A stretch of 64,000 nt of DNA from Gammaproteobacteria bacterium (GTDB taxonomy: Bacteria > Pseudomonadota > Gammaproteobacteria > Eutrophobiales > Eutrophobiaceae). Shown piece after piece: positions 9,608-19,245 of the stretch. The stretch is taken from positions 5,374 to 69,373 of the forward strand of contig JAURNY010000031.1 in assembly GCA_030829955.1 (NCBI GenBank), written 5' to 3'. Within the stretch, counting starts at the first letter, position 1; each line of letters opens with the position of its first letter. The notes beneath the pieces were generated by a model. It made no database searches. It had not been told where the DNA came from and saw only the letters and a list, made by a program, of their open reading frames with translations. Both the position numbers and the translations under genes were made by a program.

Positions 9608-10780
9608 ATGGCAGAAGAAATTTCGATAGAGTTCTCAATTTTTCTTATCTTCACCGGCGCAGCAGTTATCGCCACGCTTGCGCTGTATGCGCGGCAGGCC
9701 ATGATCGTTGCTTATATCCTTTTAGGTCTCATTATGGGCCCCTGGGGGTTGAGTTATATTAATGATGCCGAGCTTATCAGTGACATATCCAAAATAGGCA
9801 TTATCTTTCTGCTTTATTTATTAGGACTGGATTTACTGCCACAACAATTATGGAATATGTTGCGTGAAGCATTGGAAGTAACTTTGTTTAGTTCGCTTGT
9901 TTTTTGTCTAGTCGGATTTGGTATTGGCTATCTATTTGGTTACGAATTATTGCAATCCTTATTGATTGGTGCAGTGATGATGTTTTCCAGTACGATTATA
10001 GGCTTGAAACTATTACCGACAACAACACTGCATCATAAACATACTGGTCAAATTATCATTAGCGTGCTTTTGATACAGGATTTGATTGCTATTGTTATTT
10101 TGTTATTGTTGCAAGGGTATGGAAAGGGCGGCAATATTCTGGCAAGCATTGCCGGGCAGTTATTCTATTTGCCGTTACTGGCATTGTTCTGCTATCTATT
10201 TGAGCGTTATGTCCTAATTAAATTATTAATGCGGTTTGATCAGATTCATGAATATATCTTCTTAGTAGCTATTGGCTGGTGTCTCGGTGTAGCTGAAATT
10301 GCACATTTTGTCGGGTTGTCTCATGAAATTGGTGCATTCCTTGCGGGTATTACGCTGGCATCGAGTCCGATTGCCTTGTTTATTACTGAAAGACTTAAGC
10401 CACTACGCGATTTCTTTTTGATTATTTTCTTCTTTTCTCTTGGCGCTGGTTTTAATATGTCTGTCGTCAGTGAGATTATACTACCCGCGACAATGTTAGC
10501 GATGGCAGCCCTGGTATTGAAGCCATTAGTTATTGGCGGGCTTTTACAAATGGAGGGTGAAAAAAAGAGTGTTTCATTTGAGTCTGGTTTTAGGCTTGGG
10601 CAAATCAGTGAGTTTTCTTTATTAATTGCTGTATTGGCACTAGAGTCAGGTTTTATTTTGGAAAAGACATCTTACTTAATACAGCTCGCCACATTAATTA
10701 CCTTTGTCGTGTCTTCCTATATCATAGTACTAAGATATCCTACACCTATATCGGTTAATTCAAGATTACGACGAGACTAG
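9608..10780 (+). CDS. Cation:proton antiporter (CPA2/Kef-type membrane domain, no RCK domain)
   Basis: 390 aa, highly hydrophobic multi-TM protein with an Na+/H+ exchanger family profile. It starts 5 nt after the hrpA stop. Confidence 0.75.
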   Translation: MAEEISIEFSIFLIFTGAAVIATLALYARQAMIVAYILLGLIMGPWGLSYINDAELISDISKIGIIFLLYLLGLDLLPQQLWNMLREALEVTLFSSLVFCLVGFGIGYLFGYELLQSLLIGAVMMFSSTIIGLKLLPTTTLHHKHTGQIIISVLLIQDLIAIVILLLLQGYGKGGNILASIAGQLFYLPLLALFCYLFERYVLIKLLMRFDQIHEYIFLVAIGWCLGVAEIAHFVGLSHEIGAFLAGITLASSPIALFITERLKPLRDFFLIIFFFSLGAGFNMSVVSEIILPATMLAMAALVLKPLVIGGLLQMEGEKKSVSFESGFRLGQISEFSLLIAVLALESGFILEKTSYLIQLATLITFVVSSYIIVLRYPTPISVNSRLRRD

Positions 10781-10786
10781 AACCTA

Positions 10787-11266
10787 ATGAATAAAAAAAT
10801 AAAAATTATTGCATCTATTATTACTGCTTTAGCGCTACTGGTGGCAGGTGTTGTTGTTGCCGATTATTTCAAATTATTAGGCACCACCACCAATACATAT
10901 CTTGATTTTATCGAGGTCAGGGTTAGAACACTGGATAAGGCTAATGGTAATTTAATCGTTGGTGCTGGAGTGCGTTGTTATTCAAGACATAATATAAATG
11001 CCTGTACCTTAAGAGATAGCCATCAAGCCGGCATCGTTGCTGTACATATTCCTTACAGACGTATTGTTGAATCCAGTTTATTTTTTACTAAAAATGAAGA
11101 AATTAAAAAACCATCGGATAAAAATATCAATATAATATTTATTCATAATGATTATTTGAATACTCATCTTGGATTAAATGTTGATGAAATGTTTGAGAAT
11201 TCTGGCAAGGAGTATGTGGTGAAAATGCCTGCGCGTGACTGGGGTGTAAGAGGGGCTGAGTCATAG
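10787..11266 (+). CDS. Hypothetical membrane-anchored protein
   Basis: 159 aa. N-terminal TM helix IIASIITALALLVAGVVVA and two Cys (CYSRHNINAC). It is tightly packed between the antiporter and the CMD-Rieske gene. Confidence 0.5.
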   Translation: MNKKIKIIASIITALALLVAGVVVADYFKLLGTTTNTYLDFIEVRVRTLDKANGNLIVGAGVRCYSRHNINACTLRDSHQAGIVAVHIPYRRIVESSLFFTKNEEIKKPSDKNINIIFIHNDYLNTHLGLNVDEMFENSGKEYVVKMPARDWGVRGAES

Positions 11267-11269
11267 CCA

Positions 11270-11893
11270 ATGAGTGAAGAACTCGATTATCTATTAAGCG
11301 TTAGAAAAGAAGCGCTTGGCCCCTATTTTGAATTCCTTAAAAAAGCGGGCAATCATCTTGATGCAAAAACACGATCTTTATTATCTGTTATTACAAAAGT
11401 AGATGCGCAGACAGAAGCAGGCTTTAAACAATATTTGACCCGGGCATTACGTGAAGGAAATAGTGCGGATGAAATATTGGATGCCTTGTTAGTTTGTATA
11501 CCAACATTAGGTTTTTCCAAGATTATCTGGGCAGTGCATACCATTCTTGAAATGGATATTCCCGATTTTCATGTCGAACAACTGGGCAAGGCAAAAGAAT
11601 GGCATGACGTGATCAATCTCAATGAACTCAAAGAAGGTGCATCCAGGTTTGAAGTAGGTGCTCATGCCTGCTTTGTATTCAAGCAAGGCGATGGAATTAA
11701 GGTATATGATAGTCGTTGTCCGCATCAGGTTACGAATATACCTGAACTGGCAATTGAACAAACCTCGCTGACTTGTCCAAAACATCAGTGGAAGTTTGAT
11801 CTGGGTAGCGGTGAGTGTGTTGAAAAAGGCAATCGTATGCTCAGCTGCTTTGAACATAAGATTGAAAATAATCATCTGTATGTTCTTATCTAG
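11270..11893 (+). CDS. Fusion protein: carboxymuconolactone-decarboxylase (AhpD-like) domain + Rieske [2Fe-2S] domain
   Basis: 207 aa. The N-terminal ~100 aa has an AhpD/CMD-like helical profile. The C-terminus carries the Rieske boxes CPHQ ... CPKHQW (CxH...CxxH). It starts 4 nt after the preceding gene. Confidence 0.7.
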   Translation: MSEELDYLLSVRKEALGPYFEFLKKAGNHLDAKTRSLLSVITKVDAQTEAGFKQYLTRALREGNSADEILDALLVCIPTLGFSKIIWAVHTILEMDIPDFHVEQLGKAKEWHDVINLNELKEGASRFEVGAHACFVFKQGDGIKVYDSRCPHQVTNIPELAIEQTSLTCPKHQWKFDLGSGECVEKGNRMLSCFEHKIENNHLYVLI

Positions 11894-13878
11894 TTTATCG
11901 ACATTGTTTGTTCGTTAACTTTACTTATCAATTCCTGTCTAGCAGTTTGCTTATTACTATTTAAGCTGAATCGATATCGATAATGTAAGGCAATAATTTC
12001 ATAAAGCTGATTAGCATCAGGTAGAATACGTTTTATCCATTGCGACAATGTTTCAGCTGGTCGTCGTGCATCGTATTTTTTTTCCAATATATACATCAAT
12101 TCATAAAATGGAGAATCGGTGCCATAGATTTCCACATTATTTGAAGCGTTTGAGCCGATTGATTGTTTGCTTAATCGTTCTTTTCTTGAAAAACTCCAGA
12201 TTAGATAAAGTGCCAGCGGAATTAACAACCAGGCGAAATTAAAATCATCATTAGCACTGGCATCAATGTCTTCACTGGTAATGATATAACGCAACCATGA
12301 AAAGAAATCATATATCGGTTCCAGAAAAGTGCTGTCGGCTGATTCCATTGGAGCCCAAACAGCAGGCGTTGTATCCAGTATTCGCCATTTGCCATCCAGA
12401 TAATATTGCACCCATGAATGTGCATCTCTGCCACGGATTAAATAGCCATCTTCCCAGTCACTATATTCTGACATGACATAACCAACTGTATAACGTGCAG
12501 GTATGCCTGCTTCTCTTAAAAGTAACGTAGTTGCTGTTGCAAAGTATTCACAATGACCTCGCTTATTGTCGAATAGAAAATGTTCCAGATATTTGCCTTT
12601 TGGATAACGTTGGTTTTGACTGGGTGAGTAATAAAAATTATCAGCGAAATAGCGTTGGATAGTAGTAATAACTTCTTTGTGAGTTTTATTGTCTAGTTCA
12701 AGTTCATCAGCTAATGTTTTGAAAGTGTCTTTGTATTTATCATAGATATAACTATCTTGCTCATTTGGTAATCCGTCATAAAATAGTTCATCTGTTGTTT
12801 TAAGGCGGTAATTGATCCAGCCTTCACGCGCGTCAATTCGAATAACGCCATTTTCATTAGTTTCAATTTGTACAAGATCCTGCCCCGTCAGAGATTGTGT
12901 ATTTGTCGGTATTGCTGTGATGGCAGACTGATCCTGCATATATATACCGACATCATAAGATTTTAAAACTGTTTGAGTTCTATTCAGAATCCATTCTTTT
13001 TTATTAGATGTTTTTTGAATAGGGTTGAAATCAGTGGCAGGGTTACTCCAAATACCATATTCATATTTGCTGTAGGTGAGTTCCTGTAAATAGACAGGCT
13101 GTTTATTTTCTACTTTTGTATGAACACGCATTAATATGCGGTCTGACAATTTAAGTCTGCCTAATTGACCGATTGCGGTCATCTTTCTGTCTGGATCAGA
13201 ACTACGCCAGCCATAATGATCAATTAAGCTCATAAAGAATGTTTCTGTCGCACTATGCATTCTTTTTATGCCTGTTTGTGTCACAAAAGCCAGTAAGAAT
13301 GCAATACAGACAGGTAAAGCCCATTTATAAAATGCGATATGTTTTGGTCTAAATGTATTGCCTATCCAGAAGAACATGACGGCACAAGCAATAAAAAATA
13401 ATGTGTTTTCTTTATGACCAGAGCTAGCAGAGATTAGGCACATAAATAAATACGGCATGCTGATATCGATTTCATAGAGTAATTCGTCATTAGCATCTTT
13501 TCCCAGGCGTCTGATACTTAGAAATAATGCAGAGGTTTTAATGGTGTTGTGTGGGCTATAGCGTTGTATTAATAAAATCAGAAATAGAGTGAACGGTAAT
13601 AGCTCCAGAATTTTATAAATTCCATTAGCACCATAATTAACGAAGACGTAAACAATCGTAAGGAAAAATAACAAGCCACTGAGATCAACGATCTGGTTAA
13701 TGTCTTTATCACTGAAATTGATACGAAAATTAATAATCCAATAAGCCTCAAGCAAAATGCCCATGACGATGGCAAATATTAGATAGTCTGTTTGCCAGCC
13801 CCATATAAGCAATGCCACTAATATGGATAAGGGAGGGGCGGGTAATAATTTTTTTCTACTGGAGACTACATCACTCAT
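11890..13878 (-). CDS. Transglutaminase-like membrane protein (TgpA family)
   Basis: 662 aa. An N-terminal multi-TM region, then a transglutaminase core with the catalytic-Cys context GHCEYFATATTLLLREAGIPARYTVGY. Confidence 0.8.
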   Translation of the reverse strand: MSDVVSSRKKLLPAPPLSILVALLIWGWQTDYLIFAIVMGILLEAYWIINFRINFSDKDINQIVDLSGLLFFLTIVYVFVNYGANGIYKILELLPFTLFLILLIQRYSPHNTIKTSALFLSIRRLGKDANDELLYEIDISMPYLFMCLISASSGHKENTLFFIACAVMFFWIGNTFRPKHIAFYKWALPVCIAFLLAFVTQTGIKRMHSATETFFMSLIDHYGWRSSDPDRKMTAIGQLGRLKLSDRILMRVHTKVENKQPVYLQELTYSKYEYGIWSNPATDFNPIQKTSNKKEWILNRTQTVLKSYDVGIYMQDQSAITAIPTNTQSLTGQDLVQIETNENGVIRIDAREGWINYRLKTTDELFYDGLPNEQDSYIYDKYKDTFKTLADELELDNKTHKEVITTIQRYFADNFYYSPSQNQRYPKGKYLEHFLFDNKRGHCEYFATATTLLLREAGIPARYTVGYVMSEYSDWEDGYLIRGRDAHSWVQYYLDGKWRILDTTPAVWAPMESADSTFLEPIYDFFSWLRYIITSEDIDASANDDFNFAWLLIPLALYLIWSFSRKERLSKQSIGSNASNNVEIYGTDSPFYELMYILEKKYDARRPAETLSQWIKRILPDANQLYEIIALHYRYRFSLNSNKQTARQELISKVNEQTMSIN

Positions 13879-15251
13879 TATGCAGCAACCTTTGGCGCTT
13901 GTTTTAATTGATCAAGTGTTATTTGTACGTTGTCCGTAGGGATAAACACAGGTGAAATATGCTGAAATTGAATATTTATATCTGCAGATTGTTCATCAGT
14001 AATGATAAAGGCTGTTGCTGGCATGCCAAGCTGATCCAGTTGTTTTAAAAATGTTTGCCGTTCAATATCAAATTCCAGAAGCACACAAATCAAACCGCAA
14101 CATTCATTAATATGCGAATTCAATAAAGCAAATAAATCAGATAAATTATTCTCTGAATTTGATTCAGCACAGGCGAGTATTTCCAGGATAGATTGTGTTT
14201 GGTGATGCCCCTTACCTGAAGTGTATCGATAGGCACGATTGCCAATAAACATCAGATCAAGCAATGAATCCTGTTGTTTGTGACTGGCTACAAATGATGC
14301 AGCAATCGAAACGGCTTCTTCAAAAACCGGAATTGTATTTCCGGGGGATAGAAATGTATCAAGTATTAATCCATATCGAACCTGATATTCATCCTGATAT
14401 TCTTTAACAACAGGTTTACCTAATCGTGCATAGCTGCGCCAATGAATTGCGCGTAGTGGGTCACCAGGGCGGTATTCTCGTAATGATACAAACTCTTGCG
14501 TATCACCTTTTTTAGATACCTGTTGACGATTTCCAGATAGATACATTCGATGACCAATCATATCCAGTTCCGGGAGCTGATATAGTTTTGGTAAAATCAG
14601 TATTTTATCTTTTTGTGAAAATGATTTTATCGATTGGAACAAACCAAGTGGTTCACTTCTGGCAAGCATAATTTTATTTAAATACACATAACCACGTCGT
14701 AAAGGCTTAAACCTGATTTTTTCTTCGATGGAATGATGGCTGGCTATGTAATCCACATTGACTGAAGGAATACTTCCTCCTCGTTTATACCGTAATAAAT
14801 TGATCAGCCTTGGATAGCCAACAATACGATCAAAGCGAAAACGTTTTTTATCCAGAGGGTCTGATGATTTGGCAAAGTAAGAAAAATCCGGAAACTCGGA
14901 ATAAAGTTCGTCAATTATAATTAGGTTTTGAATAGTCTGCTTACTGTTGTTATTTATGATACAACGATATTCAAGTAATTCACCAACCATGCCTGTATCA
15001 GGTAAGATTCTTCTTATTTCATACTGTTTACGATGTAATAGCGACAATATAAATGCCGTACATAAGAGTAAAAATGCGATTGAAAATAATTGAAATGACA
15101 AGGTTGAACGGGTATCGATACCAAATATGCCGGCAGTGATCATAATGATCAACATCATTAAACCATGTTGGGTAAATCGATATTTCAGAAACTGATTTAG
15201 TCGATAGAAAAGTTTAAAGTTTTTAAACAGTAATCGACGAAACATAATCAA
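13878..15251 (-). CDS. DUF58 domain protein (vWA-like, MoxR partner)
   Basis: 457 aa with two N-terminal TM helices and the DUF58 motif YRPGDPLRAIHWRSYARLGKPVVKEY. It shares start/stop overlaps (ATGA) with both flanking genes. Confidence 0.8.
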   Translation of the reverse strand: MIMFRRLLFKNFKLFYRLNQFLKYRFTQHGLMMLIIMITAGIFGIDTRSTLSFQLFSIAFLLLCTAFILSLLHRKQYEIRRILPDTGMVGELLEYRCIINNNSKQTIQNLIIIDELYSEFPDFSYFAKSSDPLDKKRFRFDRIVGYPRLINLLRYKRGGSIPSVNVDYIASHHSIEEKIRFKPLRRGYVYLNKIMLARSEPLGLFQSIKSFSQKDKILILPKLYQLPELDMIGHRMYLSGNRQQVSKKGDTQEFVSLREYRPGDPLRAIHWRSYARLGKPVVKEYQDEYQVRYGLILDTFLSPGNTIPVFEEAVSIAASFVASHKQQDSLLDLMFIGNRAYRYTSGKGHHQTQSILEILACAESNSENNLSDLFALLNSHINECCGLICVLLEFDIERQTFLKQLDQLGMPATAFIITDEQSADINIQFQHISPVFIPTDNVQITLDQLKQAPKVAA

Positions 15252-16183
15252 ACCGGCACGGCAATATCGCTCATAATATCATCTACGATGGATTCAGTTG
15301 TCTTGCCTGAAAAACGCGAGGCTGAATTTACAGCAATTCTGTGAGCAATCACCGGAATCGCAATTTCCTGAATATGATCGGGTGTCACAAAATCAAGCCC
15401 ATCAAATAATGCTAATGCCTGTGCTGATTTCATCATGGCAATAGATGCGCGTGGACTGGCGCCATTATTAACACCTTCAATTTCGCGTGTCGCCCTGACT
15501 AACGTCACCAGATATTGTTTTATCTCAGGACTGATTTGAATATTGCTTAGTGCATCTTTCACTACTTGTATTGAATCCATGTCGACACAAGCTTGAATGT
15601 TTAACAAAGGATGTTGGTGGTTTTGTTGATCAAGAATATCGATTTCTTCGGTTTCACTGACATAACCTAGACTTAATCGCATCGAGAAACGATCCATTTG
15701 CGCTTCTGGTAAAGGGTAGGTGCCATGATATTCAACCGGGTTTTGTGTAGCGATAACAAAAAATAATTTATCCAGCGGATAAATCTGTCGTTCTATACTG
15801 ACCTGTCTTTCTCCCATCGCCTCCAGTAGTGCAGACTGTGTTCTGGGTGAAGCACGATTGATTTCATCAGCAAGTAATATATTGCTAAATATTGGACCTT
15901 GATGAAACTCAAAGACTTGAGATTGTTGATTGAAAATCGATACACCTAGTATATCGGTGGGTAACAGGTCAGGTGTAAACTGGATGCGCTGAAAGTCGGC
16001 ATTAATTGATTTTGCCAATGCCTTTGCCATGGTGGTTTTGCCTGTGCCCGGGACATCTTCGAGTAATACGTGGCCATCACTAAAAAAAGCAGCCAGCAAA
16101 TGTCGAATTGTCCTAGACTGTCCCTGTATAACTTTCTCTATATTGGCAAACAGTATTTGATATGTTTCTATGGGAGACATCAT
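15248..16183 (-). CDS. MoxR-family AAA+ ATPase
   Basis: 311 aa with Walker A GTGKTT in the context LLEDVPGTGKTTMAKALAKS. MoxR-like architecture. Confidence 0.9.
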   Translation of the reverse strand: MMSPIETYQILFANIEKVIQGQSRTIRHLLAAFFSDGHVLLEDVPGTGKTTMAKALAKSINADFQRIQFTPDLLPTDILGVSIFNQQSQVFEFHQGPIFSNILLADEINRASPRTQSALLEAMGERQVSIERQIYPLDKLFFVIATQNPVEYHGTYPLPEAQMDRFSMRLSLGYVSETEEIDILDQQNHQHPLLNIQACVDMDSIQVVKDALSNIQISPEIKQYLVTLVRATREIEGVNNGASPRASIAMMKSAQALALFDGLDFVTPDHIQEIAIPVIAHRIAVNSASRFSGKTTESIVDDIMSDIAVPV

Positions 16184-16236
16184 TATTCTTCACATTATTA
16201 TTAGAATAGCCTATCAAAAGCGGAGTGTAATCACAC

Positions 16237-16842
16237 ATGTTTAATAAAGAAATTGAGACAAAGGCCAAAATTCATGAACTCATAGCTGGTCGCTGGAGTG
16301 GCAGGGCATATGACGCAGATAAAATAGTCAGTCGCGAACAAATTATTTCAATATTAGAAGCCGCTCGCTGGGCACCTTCCTGTTATGGCGATCAACCCTG
16401 GCGATTTTTAGTATTTGATAAATCTACGAATCAAATTGCATGGGACAAAGCTTTTGAATGCTTGGCTGCCGGCAATCAGAGCTGGGCAAAACATGCCCCA
16501 GTTTTATTATTAGCCTGTGCAGATTCTATTTTGTCAAAAACAGGCGATGCCAATCGTTGGGGGCAATACGATACCGGTGCTGCGAGTGAAAACCTGTGTT
16601 TGCAAGCCGCAGCTTTGGGTTTAATGACTCATCAAATGGGTGGTTTCGATGCAAATAAAACTCGGAAAATATTTGAGATACCGGATCAATATATGCCAAT
16701 GGCGATGATTACTATCGGTTATCAATTACCTGAATCAAAAATTGAAGGCGACATGAAAGAAAGAGAATATACATCGCGCAGTCGTAATGATTTATCTGAA
16801 AATTTCTTTGAGGGTCACTGGCAAGTGCCCATTAAAATCTAA
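16237..16842 (+). CDS. Nitroreductase family protein
   Basis: 201 aa. Nitroreductase fold motifs are present (RWAPSCYGDQPWRF, TGAASENLCLQAAALGL). GGAG SD upstream. Confidence 0.8.
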   Translation: MFNKEIETKAKIHELIAGRWSGRAYDADKIVSREQIISILEAARWAPSCYGDQPWRFLVFDKSTNQIAWDKAFECLAAGNQSWAKHAPVLLLACADSILSKTGDANRWGQYDTGAASENLCLQAAALGLMTHQMGGFDANKTRKIFEIPDQYMPMAMITIGYQLPESKIEGDMKEREYTSRSRNDLSENFFEGHWQVPIKI

Positions 16843-16853
16843 ACCTTAACTTC

Positions 16854-18176
16854 ATGGAAAAGAAACTGGCAAGCCGAGCCTTTTGGCTGTTGGCAGGGCC
16901 GATGATCATCAGTAATGTCAGTGTGGCATTACTGGGGCTTGTCGATACTGCGGTTATCGGACATCTCGATAGCGCCGTCTATTTAGGCGGTGTAGCGATT
17001 GGTTCTGTCATATTTGATTTTCTTTATTGGGGCATGGGTTTTCTGCGCATGGGCACGACTGGCATGATCGCGCAAACTCATGGACAGGAAGATGCCAACG
17101 CCATGCGTACAACACTGGGGCAATCATTATTAATTGGTCTGGTGTTAGCAACAGTTATTCTTGTTTTTCAAACACCGATTATTAATACAGGTTTGCATCT
17201 GTTGGATGGCAGCGAAGAAGTGAAATACTACGCTGATATTTATTGCCAATGGATGATATGGGGTGCGCCGGCATTAATCGTTTTATTTTCAATTAACGGT
17301 TTTTTACTAGGCATGCAAAATGCTGTCTCCACACTCAAACTCGCCATCATTGTGAATGCTATCAACATCGTGCTTGATATTGTGTTCGTGGTAGGTCTGG
17401 AGATGGATGTTAAAGGTGTCGCACTGGCAACCGTGATTGCACAATATACTGGCGTGATAATTGGTTTATGGTTTGTAAGAAAGGAATTAAAAAGCTATCA
17501 AGGCCATTGGTTGTTTAAGCAAATTATCAATGTTGAAAAACTAAAACGCTTTTTGTCACTGAATAACGATATTTTTATACGAACGATCTGTTTAATACTT
17601 GTCTTTGCGTTTTTTACCCGTGAAGGAGCAAGAAACAGCGATCTTATTCTTGCCGCAAACAGTATATTGATGAAATTCTATTTGCTTATGGCGTTGGCAT
17701 TGGATGGATTCAATCATGCAGCTGAAGCATTGGTCGGTAAGGCAGTCGGATCACGCAATAAACAAATTTTTAATTTATCTGTTCAGCTCGCATTGAAGTG
17801 GTCACTTGTTTTTGGAACAGCGTTTACACTTTTTTACTGGTTAGCAGGTGATTGGTTGATCGCCATGATGACTGATCTGGAAACAGTAAGAGATGTTGCC
17901 GAGATCTATTTGCCATGGATGATTGCAATGCCGTTAGTTTCAATCTGGTGTTTCTTATTAGACGGGATATTTATCGGTGCAACGCGTGGCAAGGAAATGC
18001 GCAATTCAATGCTGGTATGCACCTTTGTCTGCTTTCTTCCACTTTGGTATATGTTTCAGTTCCTGGATAATCACGGACTTTGGCTGGCGTTCACCTTGTT
18101 TATCTTAGTAAGAGGAATAACGTTGGGACTTTATTATTTTTATATTGAGAAGAAAAAGGGTTTTATTGGGGTTTAA
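16854..18176 (+). CDS. MATE family efflux transporter
   Basis: 440 aa, 12-TM profile. The N-terminal LLAGPMIISNVSVALLGLVDTAVIGHL is characteristic of MATE/DinF. Confidence 0.85.
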   Translation: MEKKLASRAFWLLAGPMIISNVSVALLGLVDTAVIGHLDSAVYLGGVAIGSVIFDFLYWGMGFLRMGTTGMIAQTHGQEDANAMRTTLGQSLLIGLVLATVILVFQTPIINTGLHLLDGSEEVKYYADIYCQWMIWGAPALIVLFSINGFLLGMQNAVSTLKLAIIVNAINIVLDIVFVVGLEMDVKGVALATVIAQYTGVIIGLWFVRKELKSYQGHWLFKQIINVEKLKRFLSLNNDIFIRTICLILVFAFFTREGARNSDLILAANSILMKFYLLMALALDGFNHAAEALVGKAVGSRNKQIFNLSVQLALKWSLVFGTAFTLFYWLAGDWLIAMMTDLETVRDVAEIYLPWMIAMPLVSIWCFLLDGIFIGATRGKEMRNSMLVCTFVCFLPLWYMFQFLDNHGLWLAFTLFILVRGITLGLYYFYIEKKKGFIGV

Positions 18177-18212
18177 TTAATTTGATAGATACTTTGGTTT
18201 GGTTATTACAAT

Positions 18213-18626
18213 CTAATCATCTGCTTGTTCAGGTGACTGTCTGACAAAACGAATTATATGCCGTCTATCACGTTTCGTCGGTCTGCCACGTGTTCTTGGA
18301 AAGGCAGCTGAATCTGCTTTGAGTTGTTGATTTAATAAATCACGCTTTTCAATGCTTTCCTGTGTTTCCTGATACAGTCCGGCAGCTAACGTTGCTGATA
18401 CCCGATTTGGGACGAGTTTGAGTATCTCGATTTGATATTCAAACGGTGGTTTTTTAATAATAATTTTATTGCCGGGCTGTATTGTTCTCGCCGGTTTTAC
18501 ATGATCACCATCGACTTTGATCTTATTGCCTTTAATGGCTGTCGTTGCCAGTGCGCGTGTTTTAAAGAAGCGGGCACACCAAAGCCATTTATCAAGTCGC
18601 ATGGAAGTGAGTTCTTGTTGAGCCAT
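18213..18626 (-). CDS. hslR: Heat shock protein 15 (ribosome-associated S4-domain protein HslR)
   Basis: 137 aa. S4 domain MRLDKWLWCARFFKTRALA...KVDG and a basic C-terminal tail. Confidence 0.8.
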   Translation of the reverse strand: MAQQELTSMRLDKWLWCARFFKTRALATTAIKGNKIKVDGDHVKPARTIQPGNKIIIKKPPFEYQIEILKLVPNRVSATLAAGLYQETQESIEKRDLLNQQLKADSAAFPRTRGRPTKRDRRHIIRFVRQSPEQADD

Positions 18627-18719
18627 GTGCTAATTATATTCTCTATTTAGTCTATGTGTCATACCGCTGAAGAAAGGAGTATGATACAGATAATAAATTT
18701 AATATTGTCCGTTAATACT

Positions 18720-19244
18720 ATGAGCGAAATAAAAAGAGAATTAATCCCGTTAAATATCTGTGTGCTAACAGTTTCAGATTCGCGTACTGAGGAAACAGAT
18801 AAATCTGGCAAGATTCTGAAAGAACGACTGGAAGAAGCAGGGCACAACTGCTTTGACAAACAGATTGTGCCGGATGATATTTATCAAATTCGTTACGTAG
18901 TGTCGCAATGGATCGCTGATCCAAATGTTCAGGCGATATTAACAACGGGTGGCACGGGGATTACGGGGCGAGATGGCACTCCTGAAGCAGTGAGTGTGTT
19001 GTTTGATAAAGTGATAGATGGTTTCGGCGAAACCTTTCGTTCAATTTCTTATGAACAAATCAAAACATCGACGATTCAATCGAGAGCAATTGCCGGCGTT
19101 GCGAATGGTACTTTTGTTTTTGCCTTGCCAGGTTCAATGGGCGCATGTAAAACAGCATGGGATGAATTGATTAGCCATCAACTCGATTATCGCACTCGTC
19201 CGTGTAATTTAGTCGAGCTTATGCCACGTTTATTAGAGAAGTAA
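18720..19244 (+). CDS. moaB: Molybdenum cofactor biosynthesis protein B (MoaB/MogA family)
   Basis: The track ORF starts at 18654. The internal start MSEIKRELIPLNICVLTVSDSRTEETD aligns with the E. coli MoaB N-terminus. The TTGGTGITGRDGTPEA and SRAIAGVANGT motifs are present. Confidence 0.85.
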   Translation: MSEIKRELIPLNICVLTVSDSRTEETDKSGKILKERLEEAGHNCFDKQIVPDDIYQIRYVVSQWIADPNVQAILTTGGTGITGRDGTPEAVSVLFDKVIDGFGETFRSISYEQIKTSTIQSRAIAGVANGTFVFALPGSMGACKTAWDELISHQLDYRTRPCNLVELMPRLLEK

Positions 19245-19245
19245 C

